Notes under the pieces: model-generated
What the model was told of the DNA's origin: nothing
Seen by the model: only the letters and a program-made list of their open reading frames with translations
Databases searched by the model: none
Position numbers and translations under genes: made by a program
DNA from: Bugula neritina
Taxonomy: Eukaryota; Animalia; Bryozoa
Length of the DNA stretch: 64,000 nt
Assembly (NCBI GenBank): GCA_964035545.1
Contig: OZ037773.1
Location: 587,751 to 651,750, forward strand
Reading direction: 5' to 3'
Part shown: positions 12,701 to 31,900 of the stretch, piece after piece
Numbering within the stretch: position 1 is the first letter of the stretch
Layout of the letters: each line of letters starts with the position of its first letter

Positions 12701-15700
12701 GGAACTAAATTGATGCCCTGCAGTGTGACCTCACTCTGTAACAAATAAAATAGCCAATACAAAACATGATGCTATAGTGCCAATAAAATAAATGTTCTAT
12801 TTGTTGCCAAATCACCTCTAATAGAGGAACTGGTAATAATTTCATTTACTGAGCAAATGCTGTTTCAGCATTGCAGAAATGACATTTAGTCAACTATTCA
12901 ACTTCTGACCAGAACAATTTTGTCCCATTGAAGAAAAGAGCATAAGTGTTTAGTGTACCTACTAACTGTCACTTTAGGAATTATAAACTATACATAAGCA
13001 ACAAATGTGTTCAAGCAATGTTAATGTTACCCAACCTATTGCATCGCATGTTATAAACTTCCATTAATACCTCTGCAACATCATGCTGCTCATTATTCAT
13101 GAAATCAGGTAAAACCTCTAAAAACAAAATATGTATGTAAAAGAAGCCTTAATTGGTGGCTATTCTTGATTAAAATGTCAATTATACATTTGGTTTTTGA
13201 TAAGGGATTTGAAATTTATCGTTAGCCATGAAATTCAACCCTTGATCTGTGGAATTGCTACTGGCACAGTAACAAATGAAGCATATATAACAAAAAAAAA
13301 CACTAAAGTGAGACCAAAAGACCAAAACAGTGATCTACTTCTCGTTTACAGTATGAAAAACATGACCATTTATTTCCTATATAAATATAACAAGTTACTT
13401 TAAATCTAGGTTTAAAGTCATATTAATCCCCTAAGAAAAAGATAAATTAAAATTTATGTACTCACAATTTACTTGTAGCGGTGGTGTGCGGCTTATAGTT
13501 TGAATACATGCATTTAAAAAGCATGTATTTCCAAAATTAGTTATACCTCTATAATCTGTAAAAATTATCAAAACAACAAGACCATTACAATGAATGCTAA
13601 ACAATGAATATTCTTGACTTCAAATTATATAATCAGAACAACAATCTGGCTTAAAAAAACCTAGACTTTTTGGCTTATTTAATATGAAAAAGACTGTTAC
13701 TCTCACAAGACAAATGTCAAATACACTATATCTGCACCACAAGACTAAAATGAGTCTTAACAGGGTATACAATGGTTTTTAAGATAACATGTGACTGAGT
13801 GTTATAGCCAATTCATTAAACACATATATGTTTAAGTTCAACTGTATTAATGTGAAAGTTTGATGCACTTTTCTCAACAATTTGAATAAAACACTCAAGT
13901 AGTATAAGTATTACTATCCATCTTGCCTTAGACTTACTAATTATTAATCAATATACCATAAGTATAGTTATAAACTTATATTAATATCACAATACCAATT
14001 AACAATTACTGGTTAGTGAATTACATATATAATTGAATGAATTAAAATAAACATAAGATAAGCAGATGTGAATTACTACTACAGTATTAGAATAAGAATA
14101 CCAATACAATTATGAATTATTAGTATTAATAATACAAAATTATATTAAAATAATAATAATAATACTACACTTTATAAAATGACAATGATTATCATTATGA
14201 TTATATTATTATTATTAATATTAATAATTAATTTAATACTAAAATATTATTAATTAACATAATACTAATACTTATAGTTATACTAAGTTTAATACTTAAT
14301 AGTAATAGTGATACTAATAGACAATAGACAATGACATAGTAATAGAACTAGTAGCACTAAGTTTAATAGTTATACTAATAGTATTACATTTACTATTAGT
14401 ATTAGTAATATAATTATAATTATAATAAATGTAATTCAATACCTAAAGTTAAAATGATATCGTAATCTATAAGTTAATATATAATTATCACTATAAGTTT
14501 AAGTATAAGTATATAAATATATTAATTATTATTTATATTATTAATAAAACGCTATTACTATTAGTATTAGTATTACTATTAGTATTAGTAAAAGTGATAC
14601 TATTACTATTAGTATTACAGCATTACTATTACTGTTGAGTATTACTATTACTATTAGTATTAGTATTACTATTAGTATTAGTATTAGGCTTAGTATTATT
14701 AATATTTCTATTAAATTTAATATTAATATTATTATTTATAATATGATTTAGATTATTATTTTAATCGACAATTATTTAGTTTAAAAATGTTATTAATAAT
14801 TTATAAGCAGATTGAGCTAACCCATCTCTAGCTTTATTTGTTATATTGGAAAGTCGAAGTGACAATTTTAGGTTCAAGCAAAAAGATATAAGCTGTTCAG
14901 TTGAAGGGGTGTACTTGTAGAGTTGAAGATATCACGTTGGTTGTGAGGGATGAAATAGACTAAGTACTTAACACGTTGCCGAGGTTTTCTTAATGCAAGA
15001 TTATTTTAAGAATAGAGTTGTGTCATTTTTCAACTAAAACCTATGCTTCGTGCATACACAAAAGTATTACGCAGCGATTACTGAAAAAATTGCTCGGTTA
15101 AGTACTTTTCCGCCGTTTTTGCAGAAATTTCCGCTTTTCCGTTTACGCAGTTTACAAAAACCGAATTTCAACCCGGCCAAATTGAAATGTTGACCGAAAA
15201 TCGTGAAGGTATAAACGCAACTTTAAACTTTCTAAATATTTATTCGGTATTGAAATTTGCTCAATCTTGCATTAGTTCATATATCGAAGATTAACAATAC
15301 TGTAAAATATGGTATAAAAATAACACAATATGGTATAATAATCCAATATGGTATAATAATAACGCAATATATTATAATAGTAATGCAATATGTTATAAAC
15401 AATAGTAATGCAGTATGGTATACAATATTATAGTGTGATTGTGGTAGGCTTGTAGTGACAGAGCTACTAAAAAATTTGCTGAGTAGTTATGTATTTGTAT
15501 ATTTGGTAGTAGTAGTAATAGTAGTAGTAGTAGTGGTAGTAGTAGTACTAGTACTAGTGGTAGTACCAGTGGTAGTACTAGTAATAGTGGTAGTAGTAGT
15601 ACCAGTGGTAGTAGTAGTACTAGTGATAGTAGTAGTAGTGGTTGTAGTACTAGTGATAGTAGTACTAGTGGTTGTAGTACTAGTGATAGTAGTACTAGTG

Positions 15701-16324
15701 ATAGTAGTACTAGTGGTTGTAGTACTAGTGATAGTAGTAGTACTAGTGGTTGTAGTACTAGTGATAGTAGTAGTACTAGTGGTTGTACTAGTTGTGTTAT
15801 ATTTTTTCTATTTCATAATAATGTATAATGTTTTTATTTCAATATTTGTCTCTCTGTAGCTGAGGTGACTACTACTACTACTACCAAGACCACTACCACC
15901 GAACCAAAACGTAAGTCAGAGTTGTGCTCTTTTTCTGTCAACTATTTGCTCTGTCAGAATTAGCTTCCTGTATGATGATGTCTCTCACTATTGCTTCTAC
16001 CTTGCATGTAACCGCCTGTAACAGGCAAGTAACTGTAGCAGGTAACCCTGGTTTATTTACATTACAGGAAAGCTAACTCCTGGAGAAGTTGTTGGTATTG
16101 TCATCTCTGCATGCATAGTAGTCACGGCAGTGATAGTCATAATCTATTTCGTGCTTTGTTCCAAGAAGTTTGAATCACTCCGATGCAAGTGTTCTCACTG
16201 CTGTCACAAAAAACAAACAAAAAGTCAGACCCAACCGACTGAAGAACGTGAAAACTTGGAAACTGTAGAGTCATCTCTTTCAGCAAACCCAGCACCTGCT
16301 CAGTCAGTTAACACTGACACTTGA
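3788..16324 (+). CDS. Copy A (5'-partial): NHL-like beta-propeller / Thr-rich stalk / TM receptor with Cys-rich cytoplasmic tail
   Basis: AG/GT exons with compatible phases: 3788-4346, 4762-4889, 5129-5281, 9320-9409 (EPL-polyT-PTPTA), 9761-9811 or 9761-9793 (SAKPPTTTTTP..), 15860-15910 (EVTTTTTTKTTTTEPK), 16068-16324 (RKLTPGEVVGIVISACIVVTAVIVIIYFVLCSKK..CKCSHCCHKK..TDT*). Exons 4-6 match copies B-E. Exons 1-3 not found and are probably upstream of the window. Confidence 0.8.
5590..8618. mobile_element. Foldback-type element with ~730-800 bp inverted arms, inserted into a tRNA-SINE
   Basis: ~5590-6322 is the diverged reverse complement of ~7880-8618; ORFs 5908..6132(+) and 7941..8270(-) mirror each other. 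Flanks 5551-5593 and ~8616-8670 are the two halves of the SINE that is intact at 29914-30119. Confidence 0.75.
10251..15222. mobile_element. Putative non-autonomous TTAA-target DNA transposon (Kolobok-like)
   Basis: TTAA|AGTTGCGTTTATACCT at 10247-10266 and AGGTATAAACGCAACT|TTAA at 15207-15226 give a 16-bp TIR and TTAA TSD. Further inverted similarity at ~10645-10695 vs ~15110-15165. No transposase ORF seen; AT-rich low-complexity block at ~13900-14800. Confidence 0.55.
15506..15795. repeat. GTA/GTG/CTA-based degenerate trinucleotide minisatellite (intronic)
   Basis: Direct reading; produces the Val-rich ORF 15455..15859. Confidence 0.85.
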
Positions 16325-16483
16325 TTACGTGTTACGTACCATTCTTGTATTTATACTCCATTAATCCATTATTTGGGTGTTTTTCAATTCTTTTTTTGTG
16401 ATTGACATTAAGCATACAGAAATAACCATTGCCTTGCAATATAACCATCGCTAGTAACTTCTAGCTGCTAGTAAATACAAACT

Positions 16484-16655
16484 ATAACTACTAACTACTA
16501 ATAACTGTTAGTAATTACTAACTAGTAGCTACTAATAACTGCTATTAACTACTAACTAGTAGCTACTAATAACTGCTAGTAACTACTAACTAGTAGCTAC
16601 TAATGACTGCTAGTAACTACTAACTAGTAGCTACTAATGACTGTAAATACTAACT
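16484..16655. repeat. ~35-bp tandem minisatellite (aactactaactagtagctactaat(a/g)actgctagt) in the 3' region of copy A
   Basis: About 4-5 adjacent units read directly. Confidence 0.8.
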
Positions 16656-17629
16656 AGGAATGAGTGTGAAGCAACTCTAAATAGTTTCTCACACACATTA
16701 GTTACTCTGTCTACAAAGATTTAATTTAAACAGAGCAATCCGGAACACCAGCAACTCTAAAAAGTATTATTTTAATTTTTTTTAAGCTTCTGTATTAATT
16801 ACTGAGTAATAATTTATTAGCATTGGGTTTGCGTAATTCCACTCAACGTCTGACTCGATAATGTTATTTCTAGCAATTGTCAGAGTGTGGTTTCTATTTT
16901 CATACTTCTAGTATTTTCAACAAACGCAAGGAAATTTTATATTTTATGCACACAAATGTTCTATTTAATGCATGCATACAATTCAGGTCTGTCAGACTAT
17001 ATTTTCTTCTATGATATAATATATAGTGTTGTCTCTAATCAGTTAAACCAATTCTTATTCAAATGTTTTCAAGGAATATCTTTTGTAAGCTGTTATTTGT
17101 ATGATTCCTTATTGTTCTGTAGAACATAAATAACTACTTCTTTCAACACTACTATAGCTCTGTAGGCTGTAGCTGATCAGCACTCATTTCGTATTTACAT
17201 CTTTTGATTTGAATCGACTTACCGCCAATCCCGTTGGAACACAGCTGAATCATAATAATGATAATAATAACACAAATTTTCGTTAAATTTGAGAATTTCT
17301 TGAAATATAATGAATAGCTAAGTTTGGAAGTTGTTCAGAATATATAGGCTTGACCTGGTACAACTGAAGTATGGATATACACTGAATTTGAAATAGTAAG
17401 AAGACACTGCTCATAATCAAAATGTTAACAAAAAATCATCAAAACAAAACGAGGTTTTATTTCATAAGGCACTTGGAGAAAGATTCTACATCAGAAGTTT
17501 TTTTATTCATGTCCCTCTTGGCCTAGACTCAAACGAGTTAAAGAAATAATATAGCCTTTGAATAGTTGCAAATGCAAACAGTAACAACTGATGGTAAAGT
17601 TAGTGAACAGGGCTAGAAATAGAAATACT

Positions 17630-17890
17630 GGTGTCCGGTAAAAATCGCACAGGTAATCATAGCACAAGTGACGGTGTAGGTAAAAATGGCACATTTCCAA
17701 TATTAAGGTTTGGGATGGGGTTTTGGAGTGGGAGGTTTAGGTTTGGGGATGGAGGGTTGGGGTTACGGGTTGGCAGTTTGAGAAAATTTAACACCAGTGT
17801 GCCACTTTCATCTACTTCCCATTTGTGCCATTATTAGTTGTGCCATTATCAAATGTGCCATTTTTACAGGTGCCATTGTTACTTAAAATC
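17630..17890. mobile_element. MITE-like element
   Basis: Repeated GGTAAAAATGGCACA-type motifs on the left and inverted TGTGCCATT(T/A) motifs on the right, around a GGGTT-rich core. Confidence 0.5.
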
Positions 17891-18079
17891 GGAAAAACTA
17901 TCCCTCTATGCTAGCCCAAGTACTACACTGATACACAGGCTTTCACTGGATCTCTAAAAGTAACTTCAAAGACCAATGGCCATATTTCTCATGCTATAAC
18001 AGCATATGTCTGGCTGCAGTTTTTGAGTCGAGTTATAGTTAGTTCATATAAGACTGCAAGTATAATAATTACTCTAGGC

Positions 18080-18755
<676 letters not shown>

Positions 18756-19104
18756 TTCTAGACTCTGGAGCAATAATGGTAACGGACAGTCAGCACAATG
18801 CATCATACGGCTCAGTAGTTGATAAAGGTTTTTTTAATTTTAATTTAAAGCTATCAGCTTTTACTTTGGCAAAAAATTATTAATAATTCTTTATTGATAT
18901 CAAAGCTAGCAAAATAATTTGTTGAAATAAATTATAAATTGCAAACATTTCGAGAATAATTCAGCTCAGTTCAAATGGTGAAGTTGAGATTAACCAGTAT
19001 TGGTGAGGAAAGTTAAATGGTAATATCATGTACACCTCGAAATCTTTTCAATTGCGTGTAAAACGATAATTTGTCAAGTCAGAGTCCCTTGCTTGCACAC
19101 AGCT

Positions 19105-20748
19105 ATGATGTTTTACCGAGTGATCTATATTGTGACATACGCTGCCGTAGCTTTGACAAGGTACATCTTATTAATTATTACAAGTAATTCATGATAAGCT
19201 GCCTCTTAACTGCAAAATGTTTCTGTTGGACAGCAAAGTTTGTGTAGATTAATTAATTATTTTTGAAATTTTACGACTAAAAATTTTATTTTACTGTCAT
19301 TTTCTATGAAAGGTTCTTTTGCATCTAAAACAACTTGCATACCATAATGGCAGATAGTTTTTATACCACATATGGTGGAAAAGAAATTCTGGAATCATTT
19401 AGCCAATTGTGAATCCATTGATTCAGTTACTAAATAGTAAATATAATTTGTACTAAAAGCTCAGCTACTAGAAAGACATTTTTATCAAAATCATGAAGAT
19501 AATCATTATCAGACACAACCTGATTGAAAAATACTTAAACTCTTTACAGCTGATTAATAACAATGCTAATCAACTAAAAAGCACTAAGTCTCTTATAGTG
19601 AACTAGAATAGCTGCATGTGGTTGCTTATTGAATTCTTACTGATGTCCTTTATTTTGTTACTAAGCTAACATGACACTTGGATGACACCATTTGACACGT
19701 GGCAAGACTATACAAGCAATTTGAAAACTTAAATAATCATAACATAAACTTTGTATGTGTATTTGGTAATACTCTATTAGTTTAGGGCAAAAGGAACCAT
19801 AATATACATAATATATTAGCAACTAAATTGAGAAAATTAGAGATGCTGTAGGAGCCCTTAAGTAAAAGAGGTAAGCTAGTTGAACAATTTAAAGAAGACA
19901 ATTAAGAGCATGTGGTCCAAATAGCTCTGTGGTTCAACTAGCCACCTTTCCTCTACATCTTAACTATCGTTGAAGGTTCTTTGAGGGTTTTATTGCTTCA
20001 CAGAAATTGTGTTCCCATGCTAATAATGACGTTTTGCTCCGCTTTAGATTCTGTAGCATTATAAAACTAACAGTAACTGCTGCTAGCTTTCATTGCTCAA
20101 TATTCTGAGCTTCTGCAATTCACAGCCTAAGAATATAGCTGGTTAGAAAGTTCTTTGCTTTGATAATTTAAGCCAGCTTGAGGCAGACATTAGCTAAGAA
20201 ATGTATGAACAACATACTACACACTACTCACATAAAGTGTATCAGGAATTCCTCAAGTGGTATTTTAGTTAATATGTATAATTGGGCCTGTGCTATTTTC
20301 GATCCTGTAACAACCACTACCGATCTTAGCACCAGCTCGACTACCCCCACTACTTCTGATATCAAATCATCCATCAACTCTGCCACTAAATTTGCCACAA
20401 ATCTGAGGGTGCTACTTCTACTGCAAATACTGCTCTTGAAACTGCAGAAGTTTTTCAAACTATGAGCCGGAAAAGTAAAGTTTTTGCTAGAATCATGTAC
20501 ATTTCTTATTTCTACAATGCAACAGTTCTATAATAAGTTGAACACTAAGTTTTAGTTTCTGAAATTAGTTCTGTACACAGTTTCTTAACTTCAAAGTGCA
20601 CAGATAGAGCTTATGCGTAATCCTAATTTTGAAGTGACAGCAAAATATGGCAGCATACATAAACTGGCATTAAGAAGCTTTGCAGGGCTAGCTTTCTCCC
20701 ACACTCTTAGTTCTATACTTAACAGGCAGAGAGAAGAATATGCTGAAA
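19105..20748 (+). pseudogene. Remnant paralog: intact signal-peptide exon plus decayed stalk exon and micro-exon; propeller exons deleted
   Basis: 19105-19160 encodes MMFYRVIYIVTYAAVALT followed by ag|GT, with intron-1 homology at ~19457. A stalk-exon homolog at ~20302-20470 has a destroyed acceptor (ttttcga). A micro-exon homolog lies at 20726-20748. No exons 2-6 or 9 seen. Confidence 0.7.
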
Positions 20749-20816
20749 GTATAGACAAATGGAGTCTTTCAAGATACTGTCTATAATACTTCATATATAT
20801 ATATATATATATATAA

Positions 20817-20947
<131 letters not shown>

Positions 20948-22173
20948 TATATATTTATTTTGAAGTCCAATGCAATGTGTGGAAATAACATGCTTCTGAA
21001 TAAACAGTTGTATGTAAATACATTGGACAAGATGGTCTTCATACATGCCTGATGCTACATCAAAATCAAAAAATGAAATGGGTTAATTTTTCTGAACACC
21101 TGGTCACCAAGGACAGATCTTTTCTGCTTAGTTTAAGTTACTTGAGTAAAACCTAAAGGTGTGTTACTAAACCTTTTTGGTTTATGCAAGAAGCAGCTGG
21201 GACACTCTATCAAAAGTCAAATTGAGTACTTTTTCCAACTTTATTCTGATCATCAAAAAGAGTTAACATTTTCTACTTTGTAGAGCATTCTATAGATTGT
21301 CTAGTAAATTGGAGCAATAAAAATGTTATAGAATGTTAAAAGAATTTCTGACAAGTATTATTAACCAACAGAGATAGCCAATTATTTTCTAAAAACATAT
21401 TTCAAATTCTTCACATTATAAAAAAGCTGCTTCATACCATTTGAAATCAATTTAAAAAAAGATAAAATAGATGCCAATCAGCCTTGGTGAGAAAAACTAA
21501 ATTACAGTATAATTTTATGCACATTGAAAATTAAAGATCGAGACCTATGGTTGTATATTTCAGAATTCACATAAAACATTTAGCATTGCATAAAATGAAA
21601 TGATCAAATAAATTAGATAATAAATTCTTATTTGTTGATAATGTCTCTATTCTTGTAAAAATCTACTAGGTTTTTTAGGTGATCTAAAAGTTTGGCTAGG
21701 TTGTAGCACAAAAGCAATCGTTGCAAAACACCTTTTCCAGCTCCACCAAAGGTCTTTACCGGGATTCAAACCTGTAACCAATTAAGCTTGCTAGCACAGT
21801 GCTGCAACCAGTGCTATCTATCAGTATGTCTCCATGCTTTGCATTATGTGAATAAATTTTTTATTTGATAGAGACAGAGATAATTGAATGAAACTGCATT
21901 TATAGGAACGTGTGAGTTAGAATTTGATTTAGTTCATATTATTCCATTTGATACATGAAAACGTGGTGCATACATGTTGTATATTTAGTATAAATTGTAA
22001 ACTAAACTATAAAAATAAAATTAGTTTATATGCTTTACAATTAACAATATTTTGAGCTTTTCGTTAACTTTTCCATATAAATTTTTTTGCAGATTTCCCC
22101 AAGTATGTGAAAGTGAAATGTCAACTGAGTAATTTTAATTCAGTTCCACAGAGTTATCTTCTCATACATAACA

Positions 22174-27650
<5,477 letters not shown>

Positions 27651-28901
27651 TATCCACTGAAGTATTTCCAACCAAGCAGCATTGTCTGAGAATAGTCATA
27701 TGTATGATTTGAAGTAAAAGTTGTATCTCATTACTTTCAGAAAACTTTAGCAATATACGACAAACTTTATGACTTGTGTGTATTATAGGATGATATATGA
27801 AGATTTGAAATCCTTGTAATAATTTTTGTCAGAACCAAAATAAAAGAAAAATATATTATCTTTATTTCTTCCTATCAACTAGATCACTCATTATCAGGGT
27901 ATGAACTACCCATTACTACCTGCATTACCCAATAATTGTTCTCAAAAATTCAACCAAATCCATTTTAAATCTTTAATATGGCCATTAAAGAAGCAATTCA
28001 TTTACCACCCTGTAGTGTATTCTAGATTTCTTGTTGCTTTGGCTATGAAAATGTTATAACTTTTGAAATAAAATTTCTGACAGTTAATAATCTCCACCAG
28101 GGATAGTCAAATATATTTTAAAAGCATTTTTGAAATGTTTTGAATTGTCAATTAAGTTTGCTTCATTTCAAATGGACAAATAAAACTGGATTGATACCAA
28201 CCAGTCTTGGTGAGAAAAACAAGATTACAATAGACCATTATAGACATTTTGAATTGAATATTTAAAGCTATAAATGAAATATCTGCAATATCCAGCATTG
28301 CATAATATGAAACAATCAGATATATTACAAAATAATCTTAGTTTGTATTTCTGTAACAGTGTCTAATATGTAGATAGGGTTTTGTTAAAGTCTAACAGTT
28401 CCGTAAAACTGTAGCAATAGCTACAAAATGAACTTTCTCATTTTGGTATCTCCAACGGCCTTTACAAGGATCCAAACCTGTTGCCTAGCGTGCTTACTCA
28501 TGCAAATTGCCAGTTCTGTAATCATTGCTAACTATCACTTCGCCTACATGCTTTGCATTATGCTAATGAATTTTTCACTTAAACAAGACAGAGCCAGCTT
28601 GAATGAAACTACAGCTATGAAAACATACCGGTTCTCGTTTGATAGATTCCTTACAGACATTCCGTACGATTCCAAATGATGCTGCATGTATATGCCATTG
28701 ACATTTGTTGAATATGTTATAGTGTAAAACATTTAGGATAAACTACTGATAGAAAAATGATTTCTCTGCTTTTTCACATTGTTTCGGGTTTCAAAATATT
28801 TCTTCAATAAACTCTTGTAGATTTCCCCAAGTATGTGAAAATGAAATGTCAATGAAGTTAATTTGGTTTATTTTCTTAGAGTTATTTTCTCATACATAAC
28901 T

Positions 28902-31900
28902 ATGAAGGTGATTTATACTATGATGTTTGCTGGCTTAGCTTTGACAAGGTAAAATATGCTATTATCATCTAACTTTAAGTGGTTCATATAATAAACAGGT
29001 TTGCTGTATCAGCTGTGAAGGTTTTGTTGGCCAACAAATTTCCTGTAGATTAACTCTCTATTACACTTTCTTAAGACAAAAGAATATATGCTTCATTAAC
29101 TTAGTGTTGAAAAATGCCTTCAATATATTCGTGTATTATTCAGTTATATTCCTTACCACTAACTACAGTTTATCTAATCACTATAACTTGAAAAGGATAT
29201 AATTATGCTGAGAGCTCAACTGTTAGAAAGACATTTTATCAAATGAATATATAAAGTTATACCAACAGTGAAGAGAGTATAATTAACAATACATATGTGA
29301 AATATTTTCATAGCTTCTGTGAGGGTGTTAGAGTAAACCTGGCAGATGGAGTTGTCACCTCTGTCACGGCTACCTTCTCTTTTGATCTACCTTCAGATAC
29401 TTCTTACTTTGTTGAGGCAGGTGGCATGCAGGTAAATAATATAATACAATTTAATTATAGGAAATTGTTATTGATAGGCAAGAAAGCATATTATAGCATA
29501 TAATAATACTTTGAAATGCTTTGATCTACAATTTCTTTAAAATTCAGAGAAAGTTTCATTGATTAAAGAGCATTAACCTAACTAGTAATTTTACAAACAA
29601 TAATGTTCAACCATCTTATTGTCACTGTAGTGAGTTTTATAGGTTCTATATATAGATTAACCTATAAAACTCAATCTAGAGTCGTACAGTAACATGAATG
29701 GTAACAAATAAACTACGACTTTATATCAAAATTCAGGATATTCAGAATATTCAGTATGATGACAAGAACACTAAAATATTCAGGATATGACATGCTATTT
29801 TAATAATACACTCTCAACTTGAAGCACCAAGGATAAACATTCCTATAACAATCTAATGGTATACAGCATACATGTAAAGAAAGTATTATATTATTGCACT
29901 CTCAACTTTGAACTCACGCAAGTTTATAGTCGCTGTGAGAAACCCCAGATAGAAAGGGTTTTTGTTAAAGCAGGCTAAGGACTTATTTAAATGAGGCACA
30001 GGAGCAATTATGACTGGATGCTCTTCCTAACATCACCAATGGCCTTTGTCAGGGCTTGAACCCATGACCTTGGTGTTTACTAGGCAAACGCTCTAACCTC
30101 TAGACCACGGCTGTTCCCTCACTCTCAACTTTGAACAGCAAGGATAAACGTTGTTGAAACCATGTAGTAAGGATAGTATGTCTTTTCAGATAGATCTAAT
30201 AGATCCTACACAGATGTTAATAGCTGTGATGCCTCAGGTGTCTCTTAAAAGAACTGCTGCTATTTCTAATTTACCAATTGATAATGTGAAGCAACCTCTT
30301 ACAGGTTAGATTTCATTGTAGCCTATAACTTTATTGTGTGAAAAAATTATGCTCATGTGTATTTTATTTTATAGATAATTTCTCTCTGTTTGTAAATGAC
30401 CTTGTTTCACTGATACTTGAGATTAACCTGTAGTGATTTCTTTGTCATATTTGAGTAAAGCTTTGTTGTGGCAACTTTGTCTTAGAAGATGAGCCCAATA
30501 CTTGTTCCTCAAGAGATATTTAAAAACAGTTATAAGACTTATACCCTATTTTACTTGCAGTCTTGTATGGAGACCCTTCTAAGAGTTTCACTGACAGATA
30601 TGATCCACTAGAGTTTATTGATGGAGATAATGATACGTTTACAATGATCAGAATTGGCCACATGTATCAGACATCAGACCAAAAGTATATCTACTTTGTT
30701 GACCAAAGATCTTGTGTTAGAAAACTTGACAGGATGGCTGTGAATCTCACAACTATAATAGGTAAAGGTCACTGTGGTAACAGCACACTCGGTTTTGATA
30801 GTAGCACAGACCCAAGAGATGTCTATGGTATGACGTATTATGAAGCTGCCGATACTTTCTTCATCTCTGTACAAGATAATGGTGTATACACGTTCAGCAG
30901 AACATCTCCTCAGCTTCCTTACACACAGACAGGCCTTCTACCTCTCAGTGAAATATCCACCACAATTTCTGATGGGATTGGAGATATGTTGACTGTAGGT
31001 GACATTGTGTGGCAGAAGGTTGGTGAAGGACTAAACAGATATGATGTGAGTGGATATAAAACTAACAAGAATACCATTCTAGACTTTAGTTCTTCAGGGA
31101 ATGCACAGAGGTATCTAAGGTGAGTGAAAGGCTGTGGTTTTTATTCAAATTAAATGCTCTTGAAAAATAAAAACTAAAACTGCAAAAGAAATTAAGCAAA
31201 TAGTAATAAAGATTCTCACGCAAGTTTGTGATCACCACCCCTGTGAGAAATCCCTGATGAAAAGGTTTTTTGGTAAATCCGTTAAGAACTTATTTAGACC
31301 ACAGGAGCAATTATGACTGGATGCTCTTTCTCGCATCACCAATGCCCTTTGTGAGGGTTCGAACCCATGACTATATGCTTACTTCTAGGCAAACGCTCTA
31401 ATCCCTAGCTCACTGCTGCTCCCTAAATAAAGCAAATACTAAGAAACAACTTAAATTGTGATTTTAACATTTTTACGATTACATAATGGTAACAAAGGTA
31501 ATAGTAAGTCGTTTTTTAAAGTTGTTCAAAAATACAAGGCTCACCAAGACTATAAATTAGCTGCTGTTCTAAACTTTAATTCTTCTCTCAAACCTAGTAA
31601 TGGAGTGTAGAACTGTTTGTAAATATGATGTAGCTCTATTTTATTAAATGTGTCAGCTCTAGTGATATGTTGTAAGTACTCAGTCTATACAAGCTAAGAT
31701 TCTAGTTAGCCACTTTACTGACATCACTCCAGGTGCAGATATGCTTTTAATTTCTTTCATACACCTGAACAGAACAAGCTAGAATTCTGAATAGCTACTT
31801 TTGTGCTAAAATTATATGCCATTGTAGATATCCTAATAGTACACCTGCTGTTTCTACACCAGAGGGAGTTATTTTACAGCATCCTTCAGACCCTGACTGG

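Noticed and set aside
15455-15859. Val-rich 134-aa membrane-protein-like ORF
   Set aside because: Simple-repeat translation inside an intron, with a non-ATG start.
16484-16655. Regular repeats here and at 34738-34965 and 54540-54931 as possible CRISPR arrays
   Set aside because: Head-to-tail minisatellites with no unique spacers, no cas genes and a eukaryotic context.
30050-30118. tRNA-like sequence on the minus strand (also ~31352-31423, ~8625-8670, ~21760-21815)
   Set aside because: SINE heads attached to a shared body, with a TSD in the best copy; not tRNA genes.
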